Below are positions 33,701 to 41,852 of a stretch of DNA of 64,000 nucleotides, piece after piece. Position 1 is the stretch's first letter; each line of letters opens with the position of its first letter. Origin of the DNA: an uncultured Gammaproteobacteria bacterium (GTDB lineage Bacteria > Patescibacteriota > Patescibacteriia > UBA9934); NCBI GenBank assembly GCA_964344415.1, contig CAYFMS010000002.1:256593-320592 (forward strand), given 5' to 3'. The notes beneath the pieces were generated by a model that saw nothing but the letters and a program-made list of their open reading frames with translations, searched no databases and was not told where the DNA came from. Both the position numbers and the translations under genes were made by a program.

Positions 33701-36700
33701 CGCTGTTCCGATAGAAACGCTGTCTGTCGATGTATTGAGCCTGATATTCGTCCCATCATCTACCCAACCTGCAGCACTAACCGCTGTCCCGATACCTAGG
33801 AATGCTCCTCCATCATTTGAAATCTCCCATTGATTATTTGACGCGCTATAACGAAGTGTTCCGTCACTGTCAGATCCTTGATTCGCAACAATATCGAGGT
33901 CTGCTCCAGAACCTGCATTATCTGCATCAAGAGTAAGCGTTGTTCCATTTGCAGATATAGCTCCTCCAGCCGTGAAGAGTCCAGTACCAGTCGTAATTGC
34001 CTGATTATTTGTGGTATTGAAGCTGAATGCCCCAGAGCTGTCGAGCGATCCATCAGAAAGTGTTGTTGTCGCTCCTGCAATGAATGAACCATCTGTGTAA
34101 ACACTTCCTTCAATTCCGGCTGTTCCTGCTACAAAGAGGTCATCTCCGCCGAGAGAGAAGCTTCCATTTGCAAGTGTCTCTGTTGCAGATGTTGAACCTC
34201 CAACAATAAGGTCTTCGTCGAATCGAACGTCATCAGCGTCAACAAATAGCGCATAAGTATCCGCGCCAGCGACATAAACACCATAGTCATTCGTTCCGGC
34301 TGTCATGTCCTCGACATATAATCCATAATTATTTGTCAAAGTCCCTGCAGCAATAATTGGCGCCTTTGCATAGTATGCCGATCCAAGCGTAATTGTTCCT
34401 GCGCCCGTCTGAATGATCTGACCACCGAATCCACTCGCAAGCGCCTGCGTCGCTGTTCCAGTGTTATTAACATACCCAATTGCACCAATCACTTCGCTAT
34501 CTACCGCCGTTGTTGTTGCTACACCAAACTGTCCACCCGAAATATCTTCTACGCTGCCAGATGTATTCACGCTCACATAACCATTTACACCCGTTGGAGC
34601 ATTAGAGGTAGTAAAATCACCCGAGTTTGTTGCACTGCCAGAAATTGATGTCTGTCCATGCAAACTATATGCCGCTCCAGATTGCGTACCTGATGTAAAG
34701 GTCAATGTATTTTGACTCAAAATTCTTGTTTCGGAACTTCCTTCAAGACCCGACCATCCAATATCAAGCGCATTTACTCCAGATCCATAGCCACCACCAC
34801 TCATCGAAACGTCGATTGCATCTGCCGTTATATTAAGCGTTCCAGATGTCTCTGTACCAACAACATCAATATTCACTACATCTCCGGAGTCATTCAATGT
34901 ACCCGAGGCATTATTCACCGTTGGGCGACGTTCAATGAATATATTGCTTCCTGAGTCCGTACGTGTCGTTGCTGCTGTTAATGTTCGATTACTGATCACA
35001 CGTGCAATTTCACCACTAAAATCGGCTGTTATTCCGCTTGCTTCATGATCGAGGTTAAGCAATCGACCACTTGTAAGTCCATTACTTGCAACACTGATAT
35101 TTGCAGCCGTTCCAGAAGTAAGTGATTCAGCAGCAATATCAATACCAGCTCCGCTATCCGTTGTTGCTGATGATGAAATGTCCAATGCACTAATATCACG
35201 GGATTCTGTAATTGAAGCACCACCACTACCAATATTCAACCCGCGTGATCCACTACTTATCCCGTCTCCTGAAGTTGAAATATTCAATACATGCCCCGTC
35301 CAATCAAGTGTCCCTGCCGTCTCGACACCCCCATAAGACAAGTCCATCACATGCCCAGAATCATTCAATGTTCCACTCGCATTATTCACGGTAGGGCTCT
35401 TCGCAATAGATACGATATTACCTGAGTCATTTCGCGTTGCCGCTGCAGTCAAGGTTCGCGTTTGATTGATGCTAAATAGCGTTCCCGAATAATCAGCCGT
35501 TATAGCTGTTGGTTGATGGAAGATATTAAATGCCGTTCCACTTGTAAGTGCATTATTATTGAAATTGTATTCGATTCCAGATCCAGTAGTCACGCTATCA
35601 CCTGTAATATTTAATATGCTACCAGATGTCGTTGCTGCACTAGACACAACCGATAATGCAGATTCATCCGCCGTATCCGTTATGTTCACAGCACCATCTG
35701 AAACAGTGAAATCATTCGCAAATGTTACATTTCCATTATCAGCAAAGGTTGCAAATGGCGTACTTGCATCTTGAATCACGAAATCCTCTGTATTGTTTAG
35801 ATTAATGACAAGGTCTCCTGAACCATCAACCGTAATCGACTGACCATTATTATATGCATCATCGAGTGTCGTACTTCCACCACCTGTACTAATAGCCGCA
35901 AAACTGCCGCCATCATTACTAATTTCCCAGCGATTATTCGCTGCACTATAACGAAGTGTTCCATCGCTGTCAGACCCTTGATTCGCTACAATATCGAGGT
36001 CCGCTCCAGAACCTGCATTATCTTCATCTAGTTCAATTGTTGTTCCGTGTACGTCAATATCTCCACCGGCGGTAAAGAGCCCAGTTCCTGTAGTGATTGC
36101 TTGATTATTTGTCGTATTGAAACTGAATGCTCCTGAAGAGTCTAGTGATCCGTCGGAAAGTGTTGTTGTCGCTCCTGCAATGAATGATCCATCCGTGTAC
36201 ACGCTTCCTTCAATACCGGCTGTTCCTGCTACGAAGAGGTCATCTCCTCCAAGTGAGAAGCTTCCATTTGAAAGGGTCTCTGTTGCAGATGTTGAACCTC
36301 CAACAATAAGATCTTCATCGAAACGACCATCACCCTGATCAACCAATAATGAAAGTCCTGTTCCTGCATTCTGGATACTAAGCGCAACCGGATTATTCGT
36401 CGTGTCATCCATGTCAATCAATACACCAATCTCATCATCCGTATCATCGACTTGAACCTCTAATCGCGCACCCGGAGTCGTCGTACCAATACCAAACTCA
36501 CCCGTATCTTCAATACGAGCCTTCTCATCATTATTAACAGAGAATTCAATATAGTCGTCATGAACAAGACTGATAGCAAATTGGCCATCCGCATCAGCAA
36601 TACCGAATTGTGGATTTGATGCCGCGCCATCACCGATAATTCGCCCCTGAGATCGGTCTCCACCGTCATCGTCTGCATTGAAAATAATTCCACCAGTAGA

Positions 36701-39700
36701 AGTGTCATCCCACTTATAGTAGATATAGTTATCATCACCATTTGAAACAAAACGCGTTGCATTTCCAGGGGTGTTTGAATCATGGAACTCAATACGTTCA
36801 ACTTGACCAATAGTACCAGCAGTTCCAATTCCAAGAGTATCTTGGAAAAGAAGATTACCATCAATATATACATGATTTTCTACACCAAGACTGTCTGCAA
36901 TAAAGACATCGTCACCACCAAGCGAGAAAGAGGCATTTTCAATTGTTTCTGTAGCAGATCCAACCGTAAGATCGCTTCCAAAGTCAGCATCGCCGTCAAC
37001 ATCAAGCGTGCCATCAATGAATGTTGCACCTTCGATTCCAGCTGTTCCCGCTACAAATAGATCATCTCCTCCAAGAGTAAATCCGGCCTCATCAATCGTT
37101 TCCGTACTAGAAGTTGAACCTCCAACGATAAGATCTTCGTCAAATCGAACATCTGCAGCATCTGCCCAAAGCGCATATGTATTTGCGCCGGCAATATATG
37201 TTCCATAATCAAATGTAGACGCATCGATTCGAATACCGGTACCAATACCACCCGTTTCCGTTGTTTGTGTAATCTTAATTGCATCAATTTCACTTGTTGC
37301 ATTATCTGAAGCATTTCCGTCTAGATCGATAGATAGCGCACCCTTTTGAATACCTGCACTCAATGCATTGATCACGTCGGATTCTATTCCAACCGCGAAT
37401 TGATCATCAGATGTACCTGTATATAAATTGTGAGAGAATGTCGTTTTTGCCTGGCTCGCCTCATTCGTATTCCCGCTGAAAGTAAGTTCATCATCAGCAC
37501 CACCGACATTAACAAGAAGATTTTCTCCCGGTGCAATCGTAAAGCGATTTGCGGTAGCTATTGACGTATTTCCGCTGCCAGATTCAGAAATGCTAAAAAT
37601 ATCAGTACCGGCGCTATTTTCAAATATAGCAAGTTCATTTGTTTGCGTTGAGTGACCCTGCACCAAGAACTGCACCTCATCCGTATCACCATCTACTGAG
37701 AGTTTTGCAAGAGAAGCTCCTCCAATACCAACATTGTCTGTCGAAGTAGTGAGAGTGATATCTGTTCCTCCGTCTGTCCATCCTGCTGCCTCAGAAATAC
37801 CTCCATCAAGGATGGTGAACTCAGCCGCAGAAATAAGTGTTCCGCCTATATCGAAGAGATTCGTGAATCCTCCACCAGCGTCAATAGTCTTGAAGACGGT
37901 TCCGACAGCGTCATCTGTGTCTGAGTTATCTGCAACAAAGAGAGCGTCGAGACCTTCTGTAGAAGCTGCATTATCTAGATAAAGTCCATATTGAGCTGTC
38001 GTTGAACTTGTTGTGTCTTCTGCTGTGAAGGTATGTACAACTCCATTTTCGCTCGTTGCATCTGTAAGCGTTCGAGCTATAGACCATGTTTCTCCTGCTG
38101 TACCAGTGATGCTCGTTGCAGCATCGAGGGCCAATGCATCTGCAAATTCTGTAAAGTCAAGAGTGTCTGCCGTAAGATCTGCTCCGTCTACATTAGATAG
38201 AGAGTTTCCTGTTCCATTCGCGTCGAAGGCAACGCCTGTGATTGCTCCTGTCGTTGAGATGTCCCAGTCAGAAGAGTTTACAGAAACCGTTCCATTATTA
38301 TCACCAAGTGTAATTGTATTTGACCCACTTACAACGAATGCTCCGTCTGTTGTATCAATGGTAACTTGATCAAGAGTTGTCGCTCCATCCGCATCAAGTG
38401 TTGATCCAAGCGTTGTTGCACCAACAACATCAAGTGCTCCGTCTGTATAGATATTTCCCTCAATTCCAGCCGTTCCTGCAACGAAGAGATCATCTCCACC
38501 AAGTGAGAAGCTTCCATTTGAGAGTGTTTCTGTAGCTGATGTCGATCCACCAACAACCAGATTTTCATCGAAGCGCACATCATCGGCGTCTACGAAAAGT
38601 GCCAATGTATCCGCACCTGCTACGTAAATACCATAATCAGTAGTGGCAGATGTTTGATCATCAACATATACACCATATGCCGTTGTAACAGCAGCCGTTC
38701 CGCCAAGGTTTGGATCCGCGACATTCAAACCACGAAAATCAGTAACCGCGGTAGCACCTGCAATAGTTGAAGATGCGTCAAAAATAGTTAAGCTTGGCAT
38801 GGTCGCGTCACCAGAAAGAGATGTATAAGCTCGGACAACATCTGCCTCTGTAATAGTGTGCGCATCACCCGCAGCTAAATCAACAACAGAGAAAACACCA
38901 CCACGAGCATCAGAAACCGTACCGGTGAATCCGTCATCGATCCAAGCCTCACCCACAATACCGTTTATTGAGTTAATTGTACCTGCGGACTGTCTTACAT
39001 TTGCACGTGCGGCATTTCCATAGTATGTACCGGTATCATTTGTTCCATTATCTGCAATGGAAAGGTTAACTGCACCCCAGTTATATGAACCCGTGTCATC
39101 ACTACTTACACTTCGGATGTTCTTTGTTGTAAAAATACGTGTGTTATTTTCAGACACCTCGTCGAACACATTTGAAACGAATGCAACTGTATTATTTCGA
39201 ACAAATGGATATGTGTCAGAGAAATCATTACCAAGTGCCCAAATCGCATCAATCCCAGTAGATCCCCCCAGTCCAAAATCTTCTGGATCACCCAAGCGCA
39301 TGACTTCAGTGCTGTTAATATTCCAAAGCTGAGATGTGTCATCATTCATGTCAATGACCAAATCATTACCAGTTGCATCCCAAGAAATAGCAGCATCGGG
39401 ATCAGCAGCCGTATTACCAAATGTTAATTCAATATCATCAGCTAGATGAGCCTGACTATTTACCAAAATATCACCACTAACCGTCAGTTCATTCGCAAAC
39501 GTTACATTTCCGTTATCTGCGAAGGTTGCAAAAGGAGTTCCAGCATCTTGAATAACAAAATCCTCAGTATTATTGAGGTTTACGACTAAATCACCAGATC
39601 CATCCACCGTAATTGACTGGCCATTATTGTATGCATCATCAAGAGATGTATCCGTTGTTAACGCCAATGTCCCTGTTGAGGTTGGAAGTGTAAGCGTAAT

Positions 39701-40420
39701 GTCCGATCCGGGATCAGCACCGAGTGCAATCGTTACTTCATTCGTGTCATCTGTCGCACCGTCGAGAATAAATGCATTTGTTCCTTGAATTGCGCCAGTA
39801 ATCGTGATGCTGTCCGTCACCGCATTTCCGAGCGTTACATCACCATTTCCGGTAAATGATCCAGCAAATACCGCCTCGGTTGCTGATATATCACCAGCAC
39901 CAAGGTCGAAATCTAGGTCAGCGTCAAGTGCGAGTAATTGATTTGCCGTTGCCGTTGAAGCAGCGCTAATACCGTCTACCGTATCAGCATTATAAGCATA
40001 TGCTGCTGCACCCATTTGATGGCGCGGCGTCATCTCGGCATTCGTTTCAACTAAAACACCAAGGTAAACGTCAGCGCTATTGAAATCGACCCCCGTCAAT
40101 GCATTCGTTCCAGTACCACCAAGAATGATGGAGAATTGACCATTCGTAACAGTTACTGAAATTTGCGTCGGAGTCCCACAAGTACCTCCCGCAGAATAGA
40201 GACATGTTCCGGCAGTAGAAGCGTCATACAATCGAAATGTCATGTCATATGTCCCATCAGGAACAGCATCGTCTGCCGAGTCTAGCAGCGTACCCGTGAA
40301 AGGAATTTCTTGATTAATTTCCGCATGCGCGATTTGCACATTTGAGAGCAACGGATAGAATACAAGGCTCGCAATAAAGAACGTATTTACAAGCTTTGTT
40401 AGACGGTTATGAAAAGTCAC
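24704..40420 (-). CDS. Giant (5238 aa) repetitive secreted/surface protein. Thr/Gly/Ser/Asp-rich beta-rich repeats, with a coiled-coil and a very acidic C-terminal tail.
   Basis: Single uninterrupted 15,717-nt ORF starting with GTG after AAGGAG. Signal peptide MTFHNRLTKLVNTFFIASLVFYPLLSNVQIAHA. A module of about 40 aa (RFDEDLIVGGSTSATETLSNGSFSLGGDDLFVAGTAGIEG.VYTDG) recurs at least 9 times. A near-identical repeat of about 175 aa occurs twice. The C-terminus runs EEVEESTEQEVTEDSTETETSSEIVEEEPAQEE. All antisense ORFs in the track within this span are treated as artefacts. Confidence 0.85.
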   Translation of the reverse strand: MTFHNRLTKLVNTFFIASLVFYPLLSNVQIAHAEINQEIPFTGTLLDSADDAVPDGTYDMTFRLYDASTAGTCLYSAGGTCGTPTQISVTVTNGQFSIILGGTGTNALTGVDFNSADVYLGVLVETNAEMTPRHQMGAAAYAYNADTVDGISAASTATANQLLALDADLDFDLGAGDISATEAVFAGSFTGNGDVTLGNAVTDSITITGAIQGTNAFILDGATDDTNEVTIALGADPGSDITLTLPTSTGTLALTTDTSLDDAYNNGQSITVDGSGDLVVNLNNTEDFVIQDAGTPFATFADNGNVTFANELTVSGDILVNSQAHLADDIELTFGNTAADPDAAISWDATGNDLVIDMNDDTSQLWNINSTEVMRLGDPEDFGLGGSTGIDAIWALGNDFSDTYPFVRNNTVAFVSNVFDEVSENNTRIFTTKNIRSVSSDDTGSYNWGAVNLSIADNGTNDTGTYYGNAARANVRQSAGTINSINGIVGEAWIDDGFTGTVSDARGGVFSVVDLAAGDAHTITEADVVRAYTSLSGDATMPSLTIFDASSTIAGATAVTDFRGLNVADPNLGGTAAVTTAYGVYVDDQTSATTDYGIYVAGADTLALFVDADDVRFDENLVVGGSTSATETLSNGSFSLGGDDLFVAGTAGIEGNIYTDGALDVVGATTLGSTLDADGATTLDQVTIDTTDGAFVVSGSNTITLGDNNGTVSVNSSDWDISTTGAITGVAFDANGTGNSLSNVDGADLTADTLDFTEFADALALDAATSITGTAGETWSIARTLTDATSENGVVHTFTAEDTTSSTTAQYGLYLDNAASTEGLDALFVADNSDTDDAVGTVFKTIDAGGGFTNLFDIGGTLISAAEFTILDGGISEAAGWTDGGTDITLTTSTDNVGIGGASLAKLSVDGDTDEVQFLVQGHSTQTNELAIFENSAGTDIFSISESGSGNTSIATANRFTIAPGENLLVNVGGADDELTFSGNTNEASQAKTTFSHNLYTGTSDDQFAVGIESDVINALSAGIQKGALSIDLDGNASDNATSEIDAIKITQTTETGGIGTGIRIDASTFDYGTYIAGANTYALWADAADVRFDEDLIVGGSTSSTETIDEAGFTLGGDDLFVAGTAGIEGATFIDGTLDVDGDADFGSDLTVGSATETIENASFSLGGDDVFIADSLGVENHVYIDGNLLFQDTLGIGTAGTIGQVERIEFHDSNTPGNATRFVSNGDDNYIYYKWDDTSTGGIIFNADDDGGDRSQGRIIGDGAASNPQFGIADADGQFAISLVHDDYIEFSVNNDEKARIEDTGEFGIGTTTPGARLEVQVDDTDDEIGVLIDMDDTTNNPVALSIQNAGTGLSLLVDQGDGRFDEDLIVGGSTSATETLSNGSFSLGGDDLFVAGTAGIEGSVYTDGSFIAGATTTLSDGSLDSSGAFSFNTTNNQAITTGTGLFTAGGDIDVHGTTIELDEDNAGSGADLDIVANQGSDSDGTLRYSAANNRWEISNDGGSFAAISTGGGSTTLDDAYNNGQSITVDGSGDLVINLNNTEDFVIQDASTPFATFADNGNVTFANDFTVSDGAVNITDTADESALSVVSSAATTSGSILNITGDSVTTGSGIEYNFNNNALTSGTAFNIFHQPTAITADYSGTLFSINQTRTLTAAATRNDSGNIVSIAKSPTVNNASGTLNDSGHVMDLSYGGVETAGTLDWTGHVLNISTSGDGISSGSRGLNIGSGGASITESRDISALDISSSATTDSGAGIDIAAESLTSGTAANISVASNGLTSGRLLNLDHEASGITADFSGEIARVISNRTLTAATTRTDSGSNIFIERRPTVNNASGTLNDSGDVVNIDVVGTETSGTLNITADAIDVSMSGGGYGSGVNALDIGWSGLEGSSETRILSQNTLTFTSGTQSGAAYSLHGQTSISGSATNSGDFTTSNAPTGVNGYVSVNTSGSVEDISGGQFGVATTTAVDSEVIGAIGYVNNTGTATQALASGFGGQIIQTGAGTITLGSAYYAKAPIIAAGTLTNNYGLYVEDMTAGTNDYGVYVAGADTYALFVDADDVRFDEDLIVGGSTSATETLANGSFSLGGDDLFVAGTAGIEGSVYTDGSFIAGATTTLSDGSLDSSGAFSFNTTNNQAITTGTGLFTAGGAISANGTTLTLDADNAGSGADLDIVANQGSDSDGTLRYSASNNQWEISNDGGAFLGIGTAVSAAGWVDDGTNIRLNTSTDSVSIGTATALGKFTVDGDTDEIQLIIQGNGTQTSDLAVFETSAGADLFTISGTGTVTANGQVDLGDGGDTVAIDSSDWDISATGNLTGIGSITADGALSITDTANETALALTSSATTNHGATMTFDSLTTGNGLRISSDSADTNSRPLLNVVNDNTAAVGAIPLAIRQDAAGTGVSIDQDGAGIGLNIDHDDTGTTASVNIDRDGNNASNIVALNVDAANAGAGDGIAINVTGGSFDFNGSDIDLDPTGTTHLEIVDNTSDVFVIGQGGTNYIEIDSTDGSEWTRFRQKVRLHSQVRVEDDQQIRFGTDSDIRLGYDATSDFFDIDNTSTAGSTRLSLGTDTSATDVRVRDNSGNTLFQVRGDGALIHNGAFTLGDNGETGSIDTSDWDISTTGVVTGLGTVGTDGTITVSKAEDTAFLTLSDTTNADTASFYTGTGSPNGALTAAAGSLFLDQAGAVYVNTDDGTTWTDLASGGGGGGGWTDDGTVVRLTTATDNVTIGSASDLSANLGLDGNADEIQFLVQGNGTQTSDLVVFEDSAGGDLFTVSGAGVVTANGQVDLGDGGDTVSINSSDWDISTTGDITGAGAITADGTLTVSNDVFIDGSADEVQLLVQANSTQNSHVAVIENSGGTDLWSVTNTGTIAQSPQATSGGISTVGVLFDQSGATYTDTATAGSGTATQVWFNAFAQPTLAATNSSVTTTDAATWYINNAPAAGTNQTITNAHALLVDAGNATFDDDVIVGGETSRTETIAHSSFSLSGNDLFVAGSAGFEDNIYADSEIVVGNGGTGNISSNGDNNLQLRTNEGTSTSYIEIKADGQGNDIELNLNSTGKVTIDETLAAQSSQHFPLSVAMTINSGTQTGELHAAANELTVSGTASTAQNPLAGGATISAGSNVMRHDSTAASTGSLFGSVDLLIAGEDTAAFGQLGQAVGGASIVRTAGTGTIDEALGHFAGVIVQHASGTTTAVSGLNIQNVDQSSGSHTVTNEEGINVKLMNIASGGTSVGLDIEDVTGNTNNYGIRVQGGDTYAIFADADDVRFDEDLIVGGSTSSTETLSNGSFSLGGDDLFVAGTAGVEGSIYTDGSFIAGSTTTYADGSITDTDANADDLFDFSLAAGADSFRISTGNLRVGNGTPGTASMDGEDAYIEGELEVDGAVTLDGTLLASSTIDLNGDLAVADTDVSFDGASTTFTTTGAFTLTPGGAVLLGDGGDTMQINTSDWDISTTGAITGVAFDANGTGNSLSNVDGADLTADTLDFTEFADALALDAATSITGTAGETWSIARTLTDATSENGVVHTFTAEDTTSSTTAQYGLYLDNAASTEGLDALFVADNSDTDDVVGTVFKTVDAGGGFTNLFDISGTLISAAEFTILDGGISEAAGWTDGGTDITLSTSTDNVGIGGASLAKLSVDGDTDEVQLLIQANSTQNQKIIEIEDSSGTDYWRIDSDGDVVATDIQYAITSANNETLFTMTGDSVTTNSGASLSFDGLTSGIGVDVGTTSNAITTSNVFNVDHTASGITADATGAIGRFVSDRTLTAAATRTDTADTVRIDKDITVNNAGATYNDSGSALDVTYNATATSGTVSATGRGADISATNVHGYGVGAQLTIDTGTVSTYTHGSHSTLQLDGAAVQSGAFDSNTFSTGATGIFSHESTGTVNEAGGFLGAFVTSNVGTAGTVTLAAGGGGRVIHQTGGTITEAAGLAGRVMNTSTGTITTGAGLQVQSAFNPAGTLTTNYGIQIEDQTAGSTDIGLYIEGSDTYAIHVDADDVLFDEDLIVGGSTSTSETLANGDFSLGGDDLFVAGTAGIEGSVYTDGSFIAGATTTLSDGSLDSSGAFSFNTTNNQAITTGTGLFTAGGDFDVHGTVIELDEDNAGSGANIRILANQGSDSDGEIRYNASTDQWELSNDGGSFAAISTGGGSGLTDNTADAYDLQEGSNNYININTTNSSENIAFGNATTNPSFSFLGSGAVTINGSADGTDALVLTAGDILISDGDFDLSGGDFNITLDSADDVNLVKTAAVAASEEGMEIDFTAGAGDGSDIYRALVLDIASANHAASTDEVIGLDIDDIASADADGLESAIRIGDGWDRDLSFDTTSPIISIGNGGVLTFTDGTNTLMTLTDAGTTGDIHFTGDVDIDGGTIDGVDIGTAQASDITVDDLTVYDNSTFGNGFGDKIYMYGAIMGTTQALAFEGAGADSKETFFSITEPTTTDKTITFPNANMNFSVAANTGLVLDGSGFSASRTITLQDAAGTMAYLSDTLAPSMTDNTTDAYDLQQGSDNYININTTNSSEAITFGNATTNPTFDFLGTGTAGFDGPLAVDIASATVQAISVDYASATLSTAGAGLHIMAESGALAMTGDGTGRRMGIMQIETNSETTDTFNFAAFNVDIDGTSDSVWRVAQDGETFSDVAYNSGGADYAERFYSVQSDLAAGEIVCVDITRDNAVERCSGASDGNVMGIISDNPSIIGNTTDETVDNAHYAIVGMLGQVDAHVTNENGEIRVGDSLTSASIPGYAMKASPGDPTVGVALEDLSGETGMVNVLISRRNKSLTVESVEAEVAEHVAAMEIEDEVELMISGALETLNFDEDITAIVDGQIAGLNLTTTINDTIDQRIDGLGIDNSIDVALENYDVFAVLTADTQATLNQLGIDAAINDAVTASELQRQEEMSLMDGRIDALELTVADLVISVDDLAQEFTDLEARVAVLERLQEAAGVTVDGSESVEIASLQEFTEGIHVQKHATFGADTAGIARILEGDRYVQVEFEEEYEYQPIVTASPRGEANLFASFKYTVLDETTAGFRIKINQEVRHDLDFSWHAFAVEEGKIFVSDGTTEEIEIVIADGSDNAQESTIEIIVPQQPETIDVEDVPVVEEQVEESTEQEVTEDSTETETSSEIVEEEPAQEESIENTEEVTEEVFGPVLEEVIEEETIEEEDEVTTEEVVDVVETSTIEPVVEEVEEAPQVEEIIEEVVIEEPIVESSPEPAPAEEETINTESLQE

Positions 40421-40538
40421 ATTCTCCTTGTTAATTTAACAAATCACACGCATGGAGCGCTTATGAAGATATTATAACATTTGAAGAAACGGATCTTGAA
40501 TCGCTCGTGGATAACTTTTTAGCCAATATTCGCTAAAA

Positions 40539-41852
40539 TCATCGTCGTTTTTGCCGTAACATTCGTAGAAGAATTCGCAGGATTGCCCATAGCCCGACAA
40601 TGCCCGCAATGATTGGTATTGCCAGTCTTGCTTTGGAAAAATCAGCAAATGCGCCCCGATACGGCATCGCGTCAACCTGGGACTGAATTTCATCACTTCC
40701 GAGCAATAATGTAGACAGCGTTTCATTTCCAGCTTTATCTACCGCAACAATTGTCACTGAGTTACGTTGCAGATCAGATGCATTCATTTTATATGGGCTT
40801 TCAACCGAAATAGCTTCGTCAGCATTGTCGTCAAAATAAATCCTATAGCTATCAATACCAGACAACTCATCAAATGCTGCAAAGTAAATTTCATAAACTT
40901 TCTGCCCCCATGCATTCGTATGACTTTCAAAGAAAAGATCAAATGAATCCGGCGGCGTTTGATCAACCTTTAAAGTATATCTACCAATATTTGTGTAATC
41001 TTGGCCAATAATTCCACGCAGTGCAAAGTACCAAATTCCTTCATCAAGTAAATCAATATTGAATAATTCTGCCGAAATTACTTCATCAAGAGGAATGGCA
41101 TCATGATCTTTGCCAAGTGTATACACATACCTGTCTACATCTAATGCCGCCCATTCTAGTTGAACAGTGCGGTCCGAGTACCAATTCTCACTTTCTGGAT
41201 GTGTAGGTGAAGAAATAATAGGTGTAGAAATTTGTGTCGCTACTTCTTCGGTCGGTACATCGTCCCCATCTTCCACCTCTGGATCTGGATCAGTTGTCTC
41301 CGTTCCAGAGGGATCATCTTCCTCTGACACCGGAGTATCCACCTCATCGCAAATTTGCACCGTTACCTGACCACCTGAATCGAAATGATTGATTTGATCC
41401 GTGTCAATCAGTAAAGATCCACCATTAACAGAAATAATCGCATTACCGCAAGCCTCAGCCTCGAAGAAAACTGTCATGAGCATTGTTGAGGTCTCTACGC
41501 CAGTCGTTAAATTATATGACCCAATAGAGAGTGAAGAATCACCAATCACCGTTCCGGGACTCTGATACGGAAGGGCTGATCCTAGCGAAAAATGAGAGTA
41601 AGAAAGTATATCTGCCGAATATGATATTTCACTACGTGCGACAATAATATCTTCGCCATCAGGATTCACGCTGACCGTAATTGCTACCGTATCACCGATT
41701 TCATAGACACTCTTATCTGCAGAAGTGGATATCGAAGCAGCTTGAGAAATAAATGGAAGCGTCGCAAAATAAAGTACGGCCAGCAGACCAATTAGTGTTT
41801 TAAAAGTGAAAAATGTGAGTGTATTCATATTATTGTCCCCAATGAGCGGCAA
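40539..41852 (-). CDS. Surface protein with signal peptide, cohesin-like beta domain, acidic linker and C-terminal TM anchor
   Basis: 437 aa. N-terminal signal/TM, then an Ig/cohesin-like region (ISTSADKSVYEIGDTVAITVSVNPDGEDIIVARSEISYSADIL), an acidic Pro/Glu/Asp linker and a C-terminal hydrophobic helix followed by RQKRR. The cohesin call is a pattern-level inference only. Confidence 0.5.
   Translation of the reverse strand: MPLIGDNNMNTLTFFTFKTLIGLLAVLYFATLPFISQAASISTSADKSVYEIGDTVAITVSVNPDGEDIIVARSEISYSADILSYSHFSLGSALPYQSPGTVIGDSSLSIGSYNLTTGVETSTMLMTVFFEAEACGNAIISVNGGSLLIDTDQINHFDSGGQVTVQICDEVDTPVSEEDDPSGTETTDPDPEVEDGDDVPTEEVATQISTPIISSPTHPESENWYSDRTVQLEWAALDVDRYVYTLGKDHDAIPLDEVISAELFNIDLLDEGIWYFALRGIIGQDYTNIGRYTLKVDQTPPDSFDLFFESHTNAWGQKVYEIYFAAFDELSGIDSYRIYFDDNADEAISVESPYKMNASDLQRNSVTIVAVDKAGNETLSTLLLGSDEIQSQVDAMPYRGAFADFSKARLAIPIIAGIVGLWAILRILLRMLRQKRR

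Noticed and set aside
24704-40420. Dozens of 60-210-aa ORFs on the plus strand inside the giant gene
   Set aside because: They are antisense to a single continuous 15.7-kb ORF with signal peptide and coherent repeat architecture. Their Ser/Pro/Val-rich translations are the mirror of the sense repeats.
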